A DNA stretch of 48,886 nucleotides from Candidatus Nanopelagicales bacterium (GCA_030728405.1 JANQZS010000099.1:15281-64166); one strand, 5' to 3'. Counted from the stretch's first letter, positions 1 through 12,269 are shown. Notes: generated by a model not told the origin, from the letters alone. Translations and numbers: made by a program.

Positions 1-1
1 T

Positions 2-1471
2 GCTCGAGTGCACGTCAAGTTGGTATCTGAAGTGGGTGTGGGAACGGTCGCCGCAGGCGTGTCTAAGGCCCATGCGGATGTTGTGCTGATTTCAGGCCAC
101 GACGGAGGCACCGGCGCTTCTCCGCTGACGAGCTTGAAGCACGCCGGCACTCCTTGGGAACTGGGTCTTGCAGAAACCCAGCAGACTCTTCTCCTGAACG
201 GTCTTCGTGATCGGGTGGTAGTTCAGGCTGATGGTCAGTTAAAGACTGGTCGCGATGTCATGATGGCAGCGCTTTTGGGAGCGGAAGAGTTTGGGTTCGC
301 AACGGCTCCATTAGTGGTCATGGGCTGCATCATGATGCGGGTGTGCCACCTTGATACCTGCCCGGTCGGAGTGGCGACCCAAAATCCGGTTTTGAGGGAG
401 CGTTTCTCGGGACAACCCGAATTTGTCGAAACTTTTTTCGAATACATCGCCGAAGAGGTCCGCGAAATTTTGGCGTCTTTAGGTTTCCGAACCCTTGATG
501 AAGCTGTGGGTCAGGTCGAACTTCTTGATACCGATCGGGCAATCGAACATTGGAAGGCGGCAGGTCTTGACCTAACTCCGATTCTGCACGTGCCCAATGG
601 CGAGGGCGCAAGGCGCCAAATTGTGGAGCAAGATCACGGCCTTGAGCGAGCACTCGATCAGGAATTGATTACTTTGTGTGCTCCTGCTTTGGAGTCGGGT
701 GAGCCGGTTCGGGCTCAATTAACCGTCCGGAATATCAATCGCACTGTGGGAACAATGCTTGGTTCTGAAGTCACCCGGAGGTACGGTGGCGATGGATTGC
801 CCGATGGCACCATTGACCTGACCTTTATCGGCTCAGCCGGTCAATCATTTGGTGCTTTCATGCCTCGGGGAATAACGCTCAGGCTCGAGGGCGATGGCAA
901 TGATTACGTCGGCAAGGGACTTTCTGGTGGAAGGATCGTTGTTCGCCCGCATCGCAGCGCCACTTTTCTGCCACATGAGCAGATCATTGCCGGCAACGTC
1001 GTCGGCTACGGAGCTACGAGCGGAGAGATTTTCATCTCAGGGCGAGTAGGCGAGCGGTTCTGTGTGCGAAATTCCGGAGCAATCGCCGTCGTTGAGGGTG
1101 TCGGTGACCACGCGTGTGAATACATGACCGGTGGCACTGCTGTGATCCTCGGTTCTACGGGCCGCAATCTGGGTGCTGGTATGTCAGGGGGAGTTGCGTA
1201 CGTTCTCGACATCCAAGTGAATCGGGTCAATCCGGAAATGGTTGATCTAGACCCGCTCACTGATGCCGACATCTCTGAATTGCACGGCATCATCGCTCGT
1301 CATGAAGAAGAGACCGGTTCACTGATCGCGGCAGAACTACTCACTGATTGGAATGACAGTGTCCAAAGGTTCACCAAAGTGATGCCCAAGGACTTTAAGA
1401 GGGTGATCTTGTTGCGTGAGCAGGCGGTTGCACGAGGCGAGGACCCGATCCTCGCGGTTATGGGAGGCTGA
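2..1471 (+). CDS. gltB: Glutamate synthase large subunit, C-terminal part (5' truncated by window edge)
   Basis: FMN-domain motifs [17 protein letters not shown] and DGQLKTGRD; [3Fe-4S] motif [15 protein letters not shown]; GXGXG domain [10 protein letters not shown]...[10 protein letters not shown]; directly followed by gltD. Confidence 0.97.
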   Translation, partial: ARVHVKLVSEVGVGTVAAGVSKAHADVVLISGHDGGTGASPLTSLKHAGTPWELGLAETQQTLLLNGLRDRVVVQADGQLKTGRDVMMAALLGAEEFGFATAPLVVMGCIMMRVCHLDTCPVGVATQNPVLRERFSGQPEFVETFFEYIAEEVREILASLGFRTLDEAVGQVELLDTDRAIEHWKAAGLDLTPILHVPNGEGARRQIVEQDHGLERALDQELITLCAPALESGEPVRAQLTVRNINRTVGTMLGSEVTRRYGGDGLPDGTIDLTFIGSAGQSFGAFMPRGITLRLEGDGNDYVGKGLSGGRIVVRPHRSATFLPHEQIIAGNVVGYGATSGEIFISGRVGERFCVRNSGAIAVVEGVGDHACEYMTGGTAVILGSTGRNLGAGMSGGVAYVLDIQVNRVNPEMVDLDPLTDADISELHGIIARHEEETGSLIAAELLTDWNDSVQRFTKVMPKDFKRVILLREQAVARGEDPILAVMGG

Positions 1472-1472
1472 C

Positions 1473-2927
1473 ATGGCTGATCCGAAGGGTTTTTTAACTA
1501 CGAGCCGTGAACTGCCGACCCGGCGTCCAGTCGACGTGCGGATCAAAGACTGGCGCGAGGTCTACGAGGAGTTCGACGTTCAGTCTTTGGAGAAGCAGGC
1601 CGGCCGATGCATGGACTGTGGCATTCCGTTCTGCCATAACGGTTGCCCTCTTGGGAACCTCATCCCGGAATGGAACGATCTAGTTTTCGATCGGGACTGG
1701 GGCCAAGCGATAGAGCGCCTGCACGCCACGAACAATTTTCCAGAGTTCACTGGCAGGCTATGCCCGGCACCCTGCGAGGCCGCCTGCGTTCTCGGCATTA
1801 ATGCTGAGCCGGTCACCATCAAGCAGGTTGAGGTGGCAATCGTTGATCGGGCCTGGGATTCGGGGTGGATCACCCCGGAATTACCAGAGCGTCTTTCCGG
1901 CCGCACGGTTGCAGTCATCGGCTCGGGGCCGGCAGGTCTGGCTGCAGCGCAACAACTCGCTCGAGCTGGCCACACCGTGGCTGTGTACGAACGCGCAGAT
2001 CGCATCGGTGGGCTCCTGCGTTACGGAATTCCGGAATTCAAAATGGAAAAGCATCATGTGGACCGGCGATTGGCACAATTGGAAGCAGAGGGAGTGAAGT
2101 TCCGGCCCGGTGTCGATGTGGGAACTGACATCACCGGTTCGGATCTTCGGCGCCGCTATGACGCGCTAGTTATCGCCATAGGAGCTACGCAAGCCCGCGG
2201 GTTGGCGGTACAGGGGAGTGAACTCAAAGGCATCCACCAGGCTATGGATTACCTGCCTCTCGCCAATCGGGTTCAAGAGGGCGACCTCTCAACCTCACCC
2301 ATTGACGTTGCTGGCAAGCATGTGGTGATCATCGGTGGCGGAGACACAGGGGCGGACTGCCTTGGTACTTCGCACAGGCAAGGTGCGGCGTCCGTTACCC
2401 AGTTGGAAATCATGCCCACCCCGCCCGATGCGCGGCCAAGTTCACAGCCGTGGCCGACCTACCCCATGGTTTACCGCACAACGAGTGCTCACGAAGAAGG
2501 GGGCGATCGGATGTTTTCGATCTCCACAGAGCGCTTCGAAGATGACGGGAATGGACGAGTTTGCGCGCTTCACCTTGTCGAAGTGGAACCACATGAAGGA
2601 GGATTCAGGCCACGTCCAGGGTCAGAAAAGCGTATCCCTGCCGATTTTGTGTTTCTAGCAATGGGATTTACCGGTCCAGAAAAGAGTCCGTTGTTTGAAC
2701 AACTCGGGCTCGAGACTGATGAGCGTGGAAATCTTGCGCGTTCTGCAGATTATGCAACGTCGGTTGAAGGCGTCTTTGTTGCCGGAGATGCCGGCCGAGG
2801 TCAGTCGCTCATTGTCTGGGCGATTGCCGAGGGACGGGCCGCAGCAGCCTCGGTTGACGCGTTCTTGACGGGCTCCACAAACCTACCTTCGCCGATCAAG
2901 GCCACAGACCGTCAACTCTTGGTGTGA
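1473..2927 (+). CDS. gltD: Glutamate synthase small subunit
   Basis: Starts MADPKGF at ATG 1473 after GGAGG; RCMDCGIPFCHNGCP Fe-S motif; GSGPAG and GGGDTG dinucleotide-binding motifs. Confidence 0.97.
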   Translation: MADPKGFLTTSRELPTRRPVDVRIKDWREVYEEFDVQSLEKQAGRCMDCGIPFCHNGCPLGNLIPEWNDLVFDRDWGQAIERLHATNNFPEFTGRLCPAPCEAACVLGINAEPVTIKQVEVAIVDRAWDSGWITPELPERLSGRTVAVIGSGPAGLAAAQQLARAGHTVAVYERADRIGGLLRYGIPEFKMEKHHVDRRLAQLEAEGVKFRPGVDVGTDITGSDLRRRYDALVIAIGATQARGLAVQGSELKGIHQAMDYLPLANRVQEGDLSTSPIDVAGKHVVIIGGGDTGADCLGTSHRQGAASVTQLEIMPTPPDARPSSQPWPTYPMVYRTTSAHEEGGDRMFSISTERFEDDGNGRVCALHLVEVEPHEGGFRPRPGSEKRIPADFVFLAMGFTGPEKSPLFEQLGLETDERGNLARSADYATSVEGVFVAGDAGRGQSLIVWAIAEGRAAAASVDAFLTGSTNLPSPIKATDRQLLV

Positions 2928-2963
2928 TGAATTTGTGGTCGCTCGGCTTGTCATAGTAAATCG

Positions 2964-2985
2964 TGTAACCGCTTACGGGTAGGGT
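2964..2985 (+). promoter_or_regulatory. pyk promoter region: -10 TAGGGT (2980-2985) 7 nt before the ATG (leaderless), preceded by an imperfect palindrome TGTAACCGCTTACG
   Basis: TANNNT hexamer at leaderless spacing and no SD; palindrome GTAA-C-CG-C-TTAC at 2965-2976. Confidence 0.5.
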
Positions 2986-2992
2986 TGTCCTC

Positions 2993-4426
2993 ATGCGCAG
3001 AGCAAAAATCGTGGCCACATTGGGTCCTGCCACATCATCCTTCGAGCACATACAAGCGCTCGTTGAGGCCGGAATGGACGTTGCCAGACTCAATCTGTCT
3101 CATGGGGATTACCCCGAGCACGAGCAGGTTTACGCCCATGTTCGGGCAGCATCGGATGCAACGGGTCGCGGCGTAGGGATCCTTGTTGACCTGCAGGGCC
3201 CCAAAATTAGGTTGGGTCGCTTTGCTGATGGTCCAGTGGTCCTGGAAAACGGGGCTGAATTCATCGTTACAACCGAAAATGTGCCCGGTGATGTGCACAT
3301 GGTGTCGACCAGCTTCACCGGTCTGCCAGCAGATGTGACAGTCGGTGACATGGTGTTGGTCGACGATGGTCGCATCGAACTCAAGGTCACCAAAATTGAC
3401 GGTCCTCGAGTTCACACCAAGGTGATTGAAGGCGGACCAGTTTCGGACAACAAGGGCTTCAATCTGCCTGGCGTCGCGGTCAGCGTTCCGGCAATGTCGG
3501 AGAAAGACATCGATGATCTTCGCTGGGCCCTGCGCATCGGGGCCGACATGATCGCCTTGTCCTTCGTGCGCACGGCCGCTGATATTGCCGACGTGCATGC
3601 CATCATGGATGAGGAGGGCATTCGTCTTCCGGTGTTGGCAAAAATTGAAAAGCCTCAAGCCATAGCCAATTTGGCGGAAATAATTGATGCCTTCGACGGC
3701 ATTATGGTGGCCCGCGGTGATCTCGGCGTGGAATTGCCCTTGGAACATGTTCCACTTGAACAAAAACGTGCAATCCAATTGTGTCGCGAAGTAGGTAAGC
3801 CGGTCATCGTGGCAACGCAAATGCTCGATTCGATGATAACCACCAGTAGACCTACACGAGCAGAAGCCAGCGACGTCGCAAACGCCGTTCTTGATGGCGC
3901 AGACGCCCTCATGCTCTCCGGTGAAACCAGCGTTGGTGTCAATCCAACGCTGGTGGTGAGCACCATGTCACGAATCATCGAGCACGTTGAAGCAGAGGCA
4001 CTTTCGAAACTTCCCAAACTTGAAGACCGGCCTAACCCTTCCACGGCGAGAGCTCTCACTCATTCAGCTGTGAACGTAGCAATCGATATTGACGCCAAAT
4101 ACTTGATCGCCTTCACTGAGACGGGCCGATCTGCCCGGCTTATTGCTCGGTGGCGTTGCGAGACCGGCTTGTTGGCCTTCACGCCGAACCCACGGGTTCG
4201 CAGCCAACTAGCTTTGGTATGGGGAGTGGAGACTTTCCTCGTGCCGCAGGTGCAGCACACCGACGACATGGTCACTCAAGTCGATAAGGCGTTGCTCGAC
4301 ATTGGACGCGCCTCTGTCGGTGAGCGTGTGGTTATCGTTGCTGGAGTTCCGCCCGGTGTGCCAGGAACCACGAACGGGATGCGCGTGCACAAAATGGGTA
4401 GGGCCGTTGCGGGGAGCGGCGTCTAA
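2993..4426 (+). CDS. pyk: Pyruvate kinase
   Basis: MRRAKIVATLGPA, RLNLSHG, DLQGPKIR, AKIEK, MVARGDLGVE, ATQMLDSM and MLSGET motifs. Confidence 0.98.
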   Translation: MRRAKIVATLGPATSSFEHIQALVEAGMDVARLNLSHGDYPEHEQVYAHVRAASDATGRGVGILVDLQGPKIRLGRFADGPVVLENGAEFIVTTENVPGDVHMVSTSFTGLPADVTVGDMVLVDDGRIELKVTKIDGPRVHTKVIEGGPVSDNKGFNLPGVAVSVPAMSEKDIDDLRWALRIGADMIALSFVRTAADIADVHAIMDEEGIRLPVLAKIEKPQAIANLAEIIDAFDGIMVARGDLGVELPLEHVPLEQKRAIQLCREVGKPVIVATQMLDSMITTSRPTRAEASDVANAVLDGADALMLSGETSVGVNPTLVVSTMSRIIEHVEAEALSKLPKLEDRPNPSTARALTHSAVNVAIDIDAKYLIAFTETGRSARLIARWRCETGLLAFTPNPRVRSQLALVWGVETFLVPQVQHTDDMVTQVDKALLDIGRASVGERVVIVAGVPPGVPGTTNGMRVHKMGRAVAGSGV

Positions 4427-4454
4427 CCTGCAGTAGTGTTCGTCCTGCTCGACA

Positions 4455-4487
4455 ACCTTTAAGCCCGTCCAGTGAGGCGGGGAAGGG
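4455..4487 (+). promoter_or_regulatory. PyrR-binding RNA element (pyr leader) overlapping the pyrR ribosome-binding site
   Basis: CCTTT-AAG-CCCG-TCCAGTGAGG-CGGG-GAAGG has the conserved UCCNGNGAGG loop within a CCTTT/GAAGG + CCCG/CGGG stem; its 3' arm is the SD for GTG 4496; candidate -10 TAGTGT at 4434-4439. Confidence 0.88.
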
Positions 4488-4495
4488 GGTCCCCA

Positions 4496-5038
4496 GTGGA
4501 TTCTGATCGCGTCGTCCTTGACGAGGCCGACATCGCTCGTGCTATTCGTCGCATTGCCCACGAAATCGTGGAAAAGGCCAAAGGTCCCGAGGACCTGCTT
4601 CTTCTCGGAATCCCCACGCGAGGTGTATTCCTCGCTCAGCGAATCGCTGATGCGATTACCACGATTGAAGGCGTTCAGGTTCCATGCGGCGCACTCGATA
4701 TCACTTTGTATCGTGACGATTTACGATTGCGGACAGTGCGTGCCCTTGAATCAACGTTGATACCCACATCGGGAATCGATGGCCTCACTATCGTGCTGGT
4801 GGACGACGTTCTTTTTTCGGGACGGACGATCCGCGCTGCACTAGATGCGCTCAATGATTTAGGGCGTCCGGCGGCTGTTCGGTTGGCGGTTCTTGTCGAT
4901 CGAGGTCATCGGGAGCTCCCCATCAGGCCGGACTATGTGGGCAAGAACTTGCCCACGTCGCTTGCGGAGAACGTTCGGGTTTTGCTCGCTGAAGTCGATG
5001 GCGCGGATTCCATCGAGATCATTGGCGGTGGCACCTGA
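4496..5038 (+). CDS. pyrR: Bifunctional pyr operon regulator / uracil phosphoribosyltransferase PyrR
   Basis: [36 protein letters not shown] and [17 protein letters not shown]; start set at GTG 4496 after the GAAGGGGG SD. Confidence 0.96.
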   Translation: MDSDRVVLDEADIARAIRRIAHEIVEKAKGPEDLLLLGIPTRGVFLAQRIADAITTIEGVQVPCGALDITLYRDDLRLRTVRALESTLIPTSGIDGLTIVLVDDVLFSGRTIRAALDALNDLGRPAAVRLAVLVDRGHRELPIRPDYVGKNLPTSLAENVRVLLAEVDGADSIEIIGGGT

Positions 5039-5976
5039 TGCAACATTTACTATCTGCCGCTGATCTCTCTACAGAGGAAGCTGTGCTGATCCTCGATACT
5101 GCCGCTCAATTAGCTGAGGTGACCGACCGGTCAGTCAAGAAGCTACCAACCCTGCGTGGTCGCACCGTTGTCAATCTTTTCTTTGAAGACTCAACCCGAA
5201 CGCGAATTTCTTTCGAGGTGGCAGCAAAGAGGCTCTCGGCCGACGTGATTAATTTCGCCGCAAAAGGCTCATCGTTGTCAAAGGGTGAAAGTTTGAAGGA
5301 CACTGCGCTCACATTAGAAGCTATGGGCGCAGATGCCGTGGTCATTCGTCACGGCGCGTCCGGTGCACCTCATCGATTGGCAGCCTCGTCCTGGACTGGA
5401 TGTTCGGTAATTAATGCTGGCGATGGCACACACGAGCACCCCACCCAAGCGCTACTGGACGCCTACACAATCAGGCGTCATCTTGCAGGTGGTACGGGGG
5501 ATCTCTCTGGGTTATCGGTTGCGATTGTCGGCGACATCTTGCATAGTCGAGTTGCTCGCTCGAATGTTCTGCTATTGAAAACCCTTGGGGCATCAGTGAC
5601 GGTGGTGGCTCCACCAACTTTGCTGCCCTATGGGGTTGATTCGTGGCCCTGCTCGGTCTCTTATGACATAGATAGCGTGTTACCGCAGGTAGATGCGGTG
5701 ATGATGCTACGCGTTCAAGCAGAACGGATGCAGGCCGCCTTCTTCCCGTCTGCGCTTGAGTATTCAAGGCTTTACGGACTCGACAGTGATCGCTTCACGT
5801 TGCTACCGGATCATGCGATTGTGCTTCATCCGGGTCCGATGAATCGCGGAATGGAAATTTCCGCCGATGTGGCAGATGAAACCAGATCGGTCATTGTGGA
5901 GCAGGTTGCGAATGGAGTAAGCGTTCGGATGGCGGTCTTGTATTTACTGCTCGGTGGAATGGCGGAGGTCGAATAG
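5038..5976 (+). CDS. pyrB: Aspartate carbamoyltransferase catalytic subunit
   Basis: [22 protein letters not shown] and HPGPMNRG motifs. Confidence 0.97.
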   Translation: MQHLLSAADLSTEEAVLILDTAAQLAEVTDRSVKKLPTLRGRTVVNLFFEDSTRTRISFEVAAKRLSADVINFAAKGSSLSKGESLKDTALTLEAMGADAVVIRHGASGAPHRLAASSWTGCSVINAGDGTHEHPTQALLDAYTIRRHLAGGTGDLSGLSVAIVGDILHSRVARSNVLLLKTLGASVTVVAPPTLLPYGVDSWPCSVSYDIDSVLPQVDAVMMLRVQAERMQAAFFPSALEYSRLYGLDSDRFTLLPDHAIVLHPGPMNRGMEISADVADETRSVIVEQVANGVSVRMAVLYLLLGGMAEVE

Positions 5977-7262
5977 TGAGTTCTCAAGTGCTCAAGAGTG
6001 TGCACCCATTCGGTGAAGAAGCCGTAGACATTGTTATCGACGACGGTCTCATCGTGGCCATCGTTGCTCCTGGGAGTGGGGTAGGAGATGTCATCTTCGA
6101 ATGTGCTGATCTGATTGCTTTGCCTGGATTTGTTGATTTGCACACCCACCTCCGCGAGCCCGGTCGAGAAGATGCGGAAACGATTCTCACTGGATCCCAG
6201 GCTGCGGCTCTGGGTGGCTTCACCTGTGTTCATGCCATGGCGAATACGTCCCCCGTTGCAGACACTGCCGGCGTGGTTGAACAGGTGTGGAGACGAGGTA
6301 TCGAGACTGGCCTGGTCAACATTCGTCCCGTGGGTGCTGTCACTGTGGGCTTAGCCGGCAAGCAATTAGCTGAACTTGGCGCGATGGCGCAGTCTGCTGC
6401 GCTCGTTCGCGTGTTTAGCGACGACGGCAAATGTGTTCATGATCCCTTGCTGATGCGCCGAGCTCTTGAATATGTCAAAGCTTTTGATGGCGTAGTGGCT
6501 CAGCACGCCCAAGATCCTCGCCTCACTGAGGATGCGCAGATGAATGAGGGGGTGTTGTCCGGCCAACTTGGTCTTGCGGGATGGCCTGCGGTCGCTGAAG
6601 AATCCATCATTGCGCGCGATGTGCTGCTGGCTAAGCACGTCGGATCGCGATTGCACGTGTGTCATCTCTCGACGGCCGGTTCGGTCGATGTGATTCGATG
6701 GGCCAAAGCGCGAGGAATAAACGTAACTGCTGAGGTAGCACCTCACCACCTTTTGCTTACCGAGGATCTTGTTGCTTCTTACGATCCGATGTACAAAGTA
6801 AACCCGCCTCTGCGACGGCTGGACGATGTCACGGCCCTGCGTCAGGCGGTGGCTGATGGCACTGTCGACATCATTGCCACCGACCATGCACCGCACCCAC
6901 ATGAGGACAAGGATTGTGAATGGGCGGCTGCAGCGATGGGAATGCTTGGCTTGGAGACCGCGTTTTCGATAGCACTGCTGACTCTCGTGGAGCCCGGCCT
7001 GTTGACGTGGCGGGAACTCGCTGATCGCATGTCTATTGCCCCTGCAAAAATTGGTCGAGTGTCAGATCAAGGACGCGATCTGGCTGTGGGTGAACCAGCC
7101 AACATCACTGTGGTGAATCCCCGTGCACGCACCGTGGTGGATCCGACACGCATGGCATCAAAAAGTAGAAATACGCCCTATGCAGGCATGGAATTGCCCG
7201 GTCAGGTGATGCATGTCTTTTACTCTGGCCGCTGCACAGTTCGTGACGGGGAACTCGCATGA
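5976..7262 (+). CDS. pyrC: Dihydroorotase
   Basis: PGFVDLHTHLREPG, FSDDG, KVNPPLR and IATDHAPH amidohydrolase motifs. Confidence 0.96.
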   Translation: MSSQVLKSVHPFGEEAVDIVIDDGLIVAIVAPGSGVGDVIFECADLIALPGFVDLHTHLREPGREDAETILTGSQAAALGGFTCVHAMANTSPVADTAGVVEQVWRRGIETGLVNIRPVGAVTVGLAGKQLAELGAMAQSAALVRVFSDDGKCVHDPLLMRRALEYVKAFDGVVAQHAQDPRLTEDAQMNEGVLSGQLGLAGWPAVAEESIIARDVLLAKHVGSRLHVCHLSTAGSVDVIRWAKARGINVTAEVAPHHLLLTEDLVASYDPMYKVNPPLRRLDDVTALRQAVADGTVDIIATDHAPHPHEDKDCEWAAAAMGMLGLETAFSIALLTLVEPGLLTWRELADRMSIAPAKIGRVSDQGRDLAVGEPANITVVNPRARTVVDPTRMASKSRNTPYAGMELPGQVMHVFYSGRCTVRDGELA

Positions 7263-7804
7263 TCTTGCTGCAGGAATTCACAGAACAGGCTGACGTCACC
7301 AACTGGCCAGCCCGAATTGGCCTCGTGGCAGGGTCAATCGCTCTTATTGCGTTAGCCCTCTGGGGTATGCGCAAGGGATGGCTGCACCGTGAAGCTCGCC
7401 AAAGCGACATTCCTGCTCCGCTCGATGTCCCGCCCGGTGCCGATCTCGACGCCGAAGGCGCCTCAGGGCTTTATCTGGGTACGGCCGTTCATGGTGACTG
7501 GACCGATCGCGTAGTCGTTCACGATTTGGGCGTCCGAAGCCGTGCAGGCGTGGTCGTCTCTCAATCCGGAGTCTGGCTGCGCCGAGTGGGTGCTCGCTCG
7601 CTATTCATCCCGAGTGCCGACCTCGTGGCCCTCCGCATCGATCGCGGCACCGCGGGCACTGTGCGAGCAAAAGACAGCGTCATCGTGCTCACCTGGCAGC
7701 TTGGCGATCGCACCCTCGACACTGGTTTCCGGGCGGATGAAAGCTCGGCACATGAGGCCCTGTTGGATGGTCTCATGTCTGCGCACGGATTGGCCGTCTC
7801 ATGA
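7259..7804 (+). CDS. Conserved actinobacterial membrane-anchored protein of the pyrC-carA junction (N-terminal TM helix, PH-like domain)
   Basis: Hydrophobic helix [18 protein letters not shown] followed by W..R..RQ, YLGT...DW.DR...LG.RS and W.LG...LDTGFR; ATGA-coupled at both ends; occupies the usual position. Confidence 0.8.
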   Translation: MILLQEFTEQADVTNWPARIGLVAGSIALIALALWGMRKGWLHREARQSDIPAPLDVPPGADLDAEGASGLYLGTAVHGDWTDRVVVHDLGVRSRAGVVVSQSGVWLRRVGARSLFIPSADLVALRIDRGTAGTVRAKDSVIVLTWQLGDRTLDTGFRADESSAHEALLDGLMSAHGLAVS

Positions 7805-8958
7805 GCGCTTCCGATGATCATGTGGGCAAAAATCATCGAGGCAAGCGCAATGCCGTGCTCATGCTCGAAGATGGTCGAGCCATGCGTGGATTTGCCTACG
7901 GCGCTGAAGGCACAACCTTCGGTGAGGCGGTCTTCTCAACTGGTATGACCGGCTATCAGGAGACCCTGACCGACCCGTCCTACCACCGGCAGGTGGTCGT
8001 CATGACTGCCCCGCACATCGGCAACACCGGGGTCAATCTCGAAGACGGCGAATCGAGCCGGATCTGGGTTTCTGGCTTCGTAGTCCGCGATCCGGCTCGC
8101 CGGACGTCGAACTGGCGGGCCTCCAGCTCTCTTGAAGACGAATTGCGCGAGCAAGGAATCGTGGGTGTCAGTGGAATCGATACTCGGGCCCTCACCCGGC
8201 ATCTTCGCGAGCGCGGTGCGATGCGCGTAGGAATCTTCAGCGGAGCGGCTGCAGAAGCCCCAGATTCAACATTGCTTGAGGTAGTGCTCGCATCGCCGCT
8301 CATGCAAGGGGCTGACCTCACCAGTGATGTCACAACGGCTGAGCCGTATGTGATCCCAGCGCTCGGTGGGCGCCGCTATACGGTCGCGGCCGTTGACCTT
8401 GGAATCAAATCAATGACCCCCCACCGGATGGCGCAGCGCGGAATGGAAGTGCAAGTGGTACCGGCCAATTTCGATTGGGATCAGATTTCCCAGCTCGCAC
8501 CAGATGGTGTCTTCTTCTCCAACGGACCCGGCGATCCAGCCACCGCCGAGCATGCAGTCGATGTGATGCAGGCCGCAATCACCGCGGGGGTTCCAGTATT
8601 CGGAATTTGTTTCGGCAACCAGATACTCGGCCGAGCACTTGGCCTTCCCACATACAAGTTGCGCTACGGCCACAGAGGGATAAACCAACCTGTGCAAGAC
8701 CTATCGACAGGAAAGGTCGAAGTGACCGCACATAACCATGGATTCGCTGTTGATGCACCGCGTGAAGGGCCGTTTCGCACTCCTTTTGGCAACGCTCGCG
8801 TTTCGCATGTTTGTTTGAATGACGACGTAGTTGAGGGCCTTGAGTGCCTAGACGTTCCCGCATTTAGCGTGCAGTACCACCCAGAGGCCGCAGCCGGACC
8901 GCACGATGCCGATTATTTGTTTGATCGATTTGCCGATCTAATGGCGCAGGCTCGCTGA
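7801..8958 (+). CDS. carA: Carbamoyl-phosphate synthase small subunit
   Basis: [35 protein letters not shown] (catalytic Cys) and SVQYHPE. Confidence 0.97.
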   Translation: MSASDDHVGKNHRGKRNAVLMLEDGRAMRGFAYGAEGTTFGEAVFSTGMTGYQETLTDPSYHRQVVVMTAPHIGNTGVNLEDGESSRIWVSGFVVRDPARRTSNWRASSSLEDELREQGIVGVSGIDTRALTRHLRERGAMRVGIFSGAAAEAPDSTLLEVVLASPLMQGADLTSDVTTAEPYVIPALGGRRYTVAAVDLGIKSMTPHRMAQRGMEVQVVPANFDWDQISQLAPDGVFFSNGPGDPATAEHAVDVMQAAITAGVPVFGICFGNQILGRALGLPTYKLRYGHRGINQPVQDLSTGKVEVTAHNHGFAVDAPREGPFRTPFGNARVSHVCLNDDVVEGLECLDVPAFSVQYHPEAAAGPHDADYLFDRFADLMAQAR

Positions 8959-11900
8959 TGCCAAAACGCGACGATATTGCCTCGGTGATGGTGATCGGTT
9001 CTGGACCGATCGTGATCGGCCAAGCATGTGAATTCGATTATTCCGGCACTCAAGCCTGCCGCGTATTGCGTGCTGAAGGCCTACGCGTGATTCTTGTGAA
9101 TTCCAATCCCGCGACCATCATGACTGACCCTGAATTTGCTGACGCTACCTATATCGAGCCGATTACCCCTGAATACGTCGAGCGCATCATCGCCAAGGAA
9201 CGCCCGGATGCATTGCTTCCCACGTTGGGCGGACAGACCGCACTGAACACTGCAATCGCATTGCACTCGGCTGGTGTGCTGGAGAAGTACGGCGTTGAGT
9301 TGATCGGTGCCGATGTGGAAGCCATTGAACGTGGTGAAAACCGGGAGAAGTTTCGCACCATCGTGTCTGAAATCGGTGCCGAAAGTGCGCGCTCATGGAT
9401 CTGTCATTCGATGGACGAATGCCTTCAGGCGGTTGAGGACTTGCAGTATCCAGTGGTGGTCCGGCCCTCTTTCACCATGGGAGGAGCTGGATCTGGAATT
9501 GCTTACGATGAATCGGATCTGCACCGAATCGCTGGTGCCGGCCTGCAGGCAAGTCCTACTACAGAGGTGTTGCTCGAGGAATCGATCATCGGCTGGAAAG
9601 AGTACGAGCTTGAACTGATGCGCGATAACAAAGACAACGTTGTGGTCATCTGTTCGATCGAGAACTTAGACCCCATGGGTGTTCACACCGGTGATTCAAT
9701 TACCGTCGCGCCGGCTTTGACATTAACCGACCGTGAATACCAGCACATGCGTGATGTGGGTATCGACATCATTCGTGCGGTCGGTGTTGATACAGGCGGT
9801 TGCAATATCCAGTTTGCGATCAACCCTGACGACGGCCGCATGATCGTCATCGAAATGAATCCGCGGGTTTCGCGCTCGTCAGCACTGGCATCGAAGGCGA
9901 CAGGATTCCCGATCGCCAAGATCGCTGCCCGGTTGGCGATCGGATACACCCTCGATGAGATTCCCAACGACATCACAAAGTCGACTCCTGCTTCATTTGA
10001 GCCCACATTGGATTACATCGTTGTCAAAGTGCCGCGGTTTGCCTTCGAGAAATTCCCGGGTGCCGACACGACTTTGACCACCAACATGAAAAGTGTGGGG
10101 GAGGCCATGTCGATCGGCCGCTCCTTCCCAGAAGCTTTGCAAAAGGCGCTTCGATCACTGGAGAAAAAAGAAGCGATCTTCTCCTGGCCCGCCGATCGTG
10201 CCGAGGTGGACTGCGCTGACTTATTGAACTTAATGAAGCGTCCACATGATGGCCGGCTTTCATTGGCGCAGCTCGCATTGTGGGCTGGCTCAAGCCTTGA
10301 ACAGGTTCACGAAGCAACAAATATCGACCCCTGGTTCCTCGATCAAATCATGCAGATCAACGAAATGGCTGACGTCATTCGTGCTGCGGATTCCCTCGAT
10401 GCCGAGTTTCTTTTCGCGGCTAAGTCAATGGGCTTCAGCGATCGGCAGATTGCGCAATTACGAAATTCAACCGAGACAGAAGAGCGCCGTCACCGTCATT
10501 CGCTGGGAATCCGTCCGGTATACAAAACCGTCGATACGTGCGCGGCCGAGTTCGAAGCCAGCACCCCGTACCACTACTCCTCATACGATGAAGAAAATGA
10601 GGCCTTTCCAACAGATCGGGAAAAGGTCATAATTCTTGGATCTGGCCCAAACCGGATTGGCCAAGGGATTGAGTTCGATTATTCGTGTGTGCATGCGGCC
10701 CTGACTCTCAGCGAAGCCGGCTACGAAACCATCATGGTGAATTGCAACCCCGAAACAGTGTCAACGGACTATGACACGTCTGATCGTCTCTATTTTGAAC
10801 CACTGACGTTAGAAGATGTTTTGGAAATCGTGCATCTGGAAGCGCAGTCCGGAAATTTAGTAGGTGTGGTCGTTCAATTAGGTGGTCAGACGCCACTGGG
10901 GCTGGCGCAAGCACTCGCCGATGAAGGCGTGCCGATTGTGGGAACCTCCCCAGCTGCGATTCACCTCGCTGAAGAACGCGGTGCTTTTGGTCAGGTTCTC
11001 GCCCGAGCCGGATTGCCGGCTCCCAAGCATGGAACTGCGAGTTCTTTTCAGGAAGCGCAACTTATCGCAGTCGATGTGGGTTATCCAGTTTTGGTGAGGC
11101 CGAGCTACGTTCTCGGGGGCCGAGGTATGGAGATCGTTTACGACGATTCGATGCTGGCCGATTACCTCGAGCGATCCACAGAGATCAATGCTGATCACCC
11201 CGTGCTGGTCGACCGATTCCTTGACGATGCAATCGAGATCGATGTCGACGCGATCTTCGACGGCACCGATCTTTACCTTGCCGGTGTGATGGAACACATT
11301 GAAGAGGCTGGAATTCACTCAGGCGACTCCGCCTGTGTGCTTCCCCCCATCACGCTGGGACCGTCAGAAATCGAGCGAATCCGGGAATCCACTCGCGCCA
11401 TAGCTGAAGGTGTCGGGGTGATTGGCCTGCTTAACGTCCAATACGCACTGGCAGATGGCGTGCTCTATGTTCTGGAGGCGAATCCACGCGCGTCTCGGAC
11501 CGTACCTTTTGTCTCCAAGGCAACTGCCGTACAGGTGGCGAAGGCTGCCTCTCGGGTGATGCTTGGCGCATCTATCGCTGACCTTCGTACTACAGGTTTG
11601 CTGCCCCTTCACGGCGATGGCGGCACATTGCCTGAAGGAACAGCAATCTCCGTCAAAGAAGCAGTCCTTCCTTTCGGTCGTTTCCATGGCGTGGATACCG
11701 TCCTCGGTCCTGAGATGCGTTCCACGGGTGAGGTCATGGGAATCGACGACACATTCGGGGTGGCATATGCAAAATCACAAGACGCTGCTTACTCCGGCGG
11801 ACTGCCATCCTCTGGTGTCGCATTTGTTTCCCTGGCTGATCGGGACAAGGACGCCGCGATTGGTCCAGTTCGCCGGCTCAGCGAGATCGGTTTCACCATC

Positions 11901-12269
11901 GTTGCCACGTCGGGCACGGCTAAATTTCTCAGGGGGCACGGAATCGAGGTCGGAGTTCTCCGCAAACAGCACGAGGGTAGAGGCGCTGATGGTGAACCCA
12001 CCACGGTCGATGCCATCATGAACGGCGACGTGGATCTCATCGTGAATACGCCTTATGGCGTGGGGCCTCGGGCCGATGGCTACGAAATCAGAACAGCCGC
12101 GGTCACCAAAGGAATTGCGTCCATAACGACCGTGCAAGGTTTATCCGCAGCAGTGCAGGGAATCGACTCGATGCAATCTATGCAACCAGGAGTGCGGTCC
12201 ATGCAAGAGCACGCGTTAGATGTGGCTCGGCTGCGGGCTGAAGCTGATGTGCTCGATGGTCGGGGGTGA
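8958..12269 (+). CDS. carB: Carbamoyl-phosphate synthase large subunit
   Basis: [25 protein letters not shown]; duplicated ATP-grasp domains; C-terminal MGS domain. Confidence 0.98.
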   Translation: MPKRDDIASVMVIGSGPIVIGQACEFDYSGTQACRVLRAEGLRVILVNSNPATIMTDPEFADATYIEPITPEYVERIIAKERPDALLPTLGGQTALNTAIALHSAGVLEKYGVELIGADVEAIERGENREKFRTIVSEIGAESARSWICHSMDECLQAVEDLQYPVVVRPSFTMGGAGSGIAYDESDLHRIAGAGLQASPTTEVLLEESIIGWKEYELELMRDNKDNVVVICSIENLDPMGVHTGDSITVAPALTLTDREYQHMRDVGIDIIRAVGVDTGGCNIQFAINPDDGRMIVIEMNPRVSRSSALASKATGFPIAKIAARLAIGYTLDEIPNDITKSTPASFEPTLDYIVVKVPRFAFEKFPGADTTLTTNMKSVGEAMSIGRSFPEALQKALRSLEKKEAIFSWPADRAEVDCADLLNLMKRPHDGRLSLAQLALWAGSSLEQVHEATNIDPWFLDQIMQINEMADVIRAADSLDAEFLFAAKSMGFSDRQIAQLRNSTETEERRHRHSLGIRPVYKTVDTCAAEFEASTPYHYSSYDEENEAFPTDREKVIILGSGPNRIGQGIEFDYSCVHAALTLSEAGYETIMVNCNPETVSTDYDTSDRLYFEPLTLEDVLEIVHLEAQSGNLVGVVVQLGGQTPLGLAQALADEGVPIVGTSPAAIHLAEERGAFGQVLARAGLPAPKHGTASSFQEAQLIAVDVGYPVLVRPSYVLGGRGMEIVYDDSMLADYLERSTEINADHPVLVDRFLDDAIEIDVDAIFDGTDLYLAGVMEHIEEAGIHSGDSACVLPPITLGPSEIERIRESTRAIAEGVGVIGLLNVQYALADGVLYVLEANPRASRTVPFVSKATAVQVAKAASRVMLGASIADLRTTGLLPLHGDGGTLPEGTAISVKEAVLPFGRFHGVDTVLGPEMRSTGEVMGIDDTFGVAYAKSQDAAYSGGLPSSGVAFVSLADRDKDAAIGPVRRLSEIGFTIVATSGTAKFLRGHGIEVGVLRKQHEGRGADGEPTTVDAIMNGDVDLIVNTPYGVGPRADGYEIRTAAVTKGIASITTVQGLSAAVQGIDSMQSMQPGVRSMQEHALDVARLRAEADVLDGRG

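Noticed and set aside
3035-3820. Long antisense ORFs (e.g. 3035-3820, 16254-16982, 26728-27393, 42331-42954)
   Set aside because: Shadow ORFs opposite well-conserved genes, expected in GC-rich DNA, with no recognisable motifs or ribosome-binding sites.
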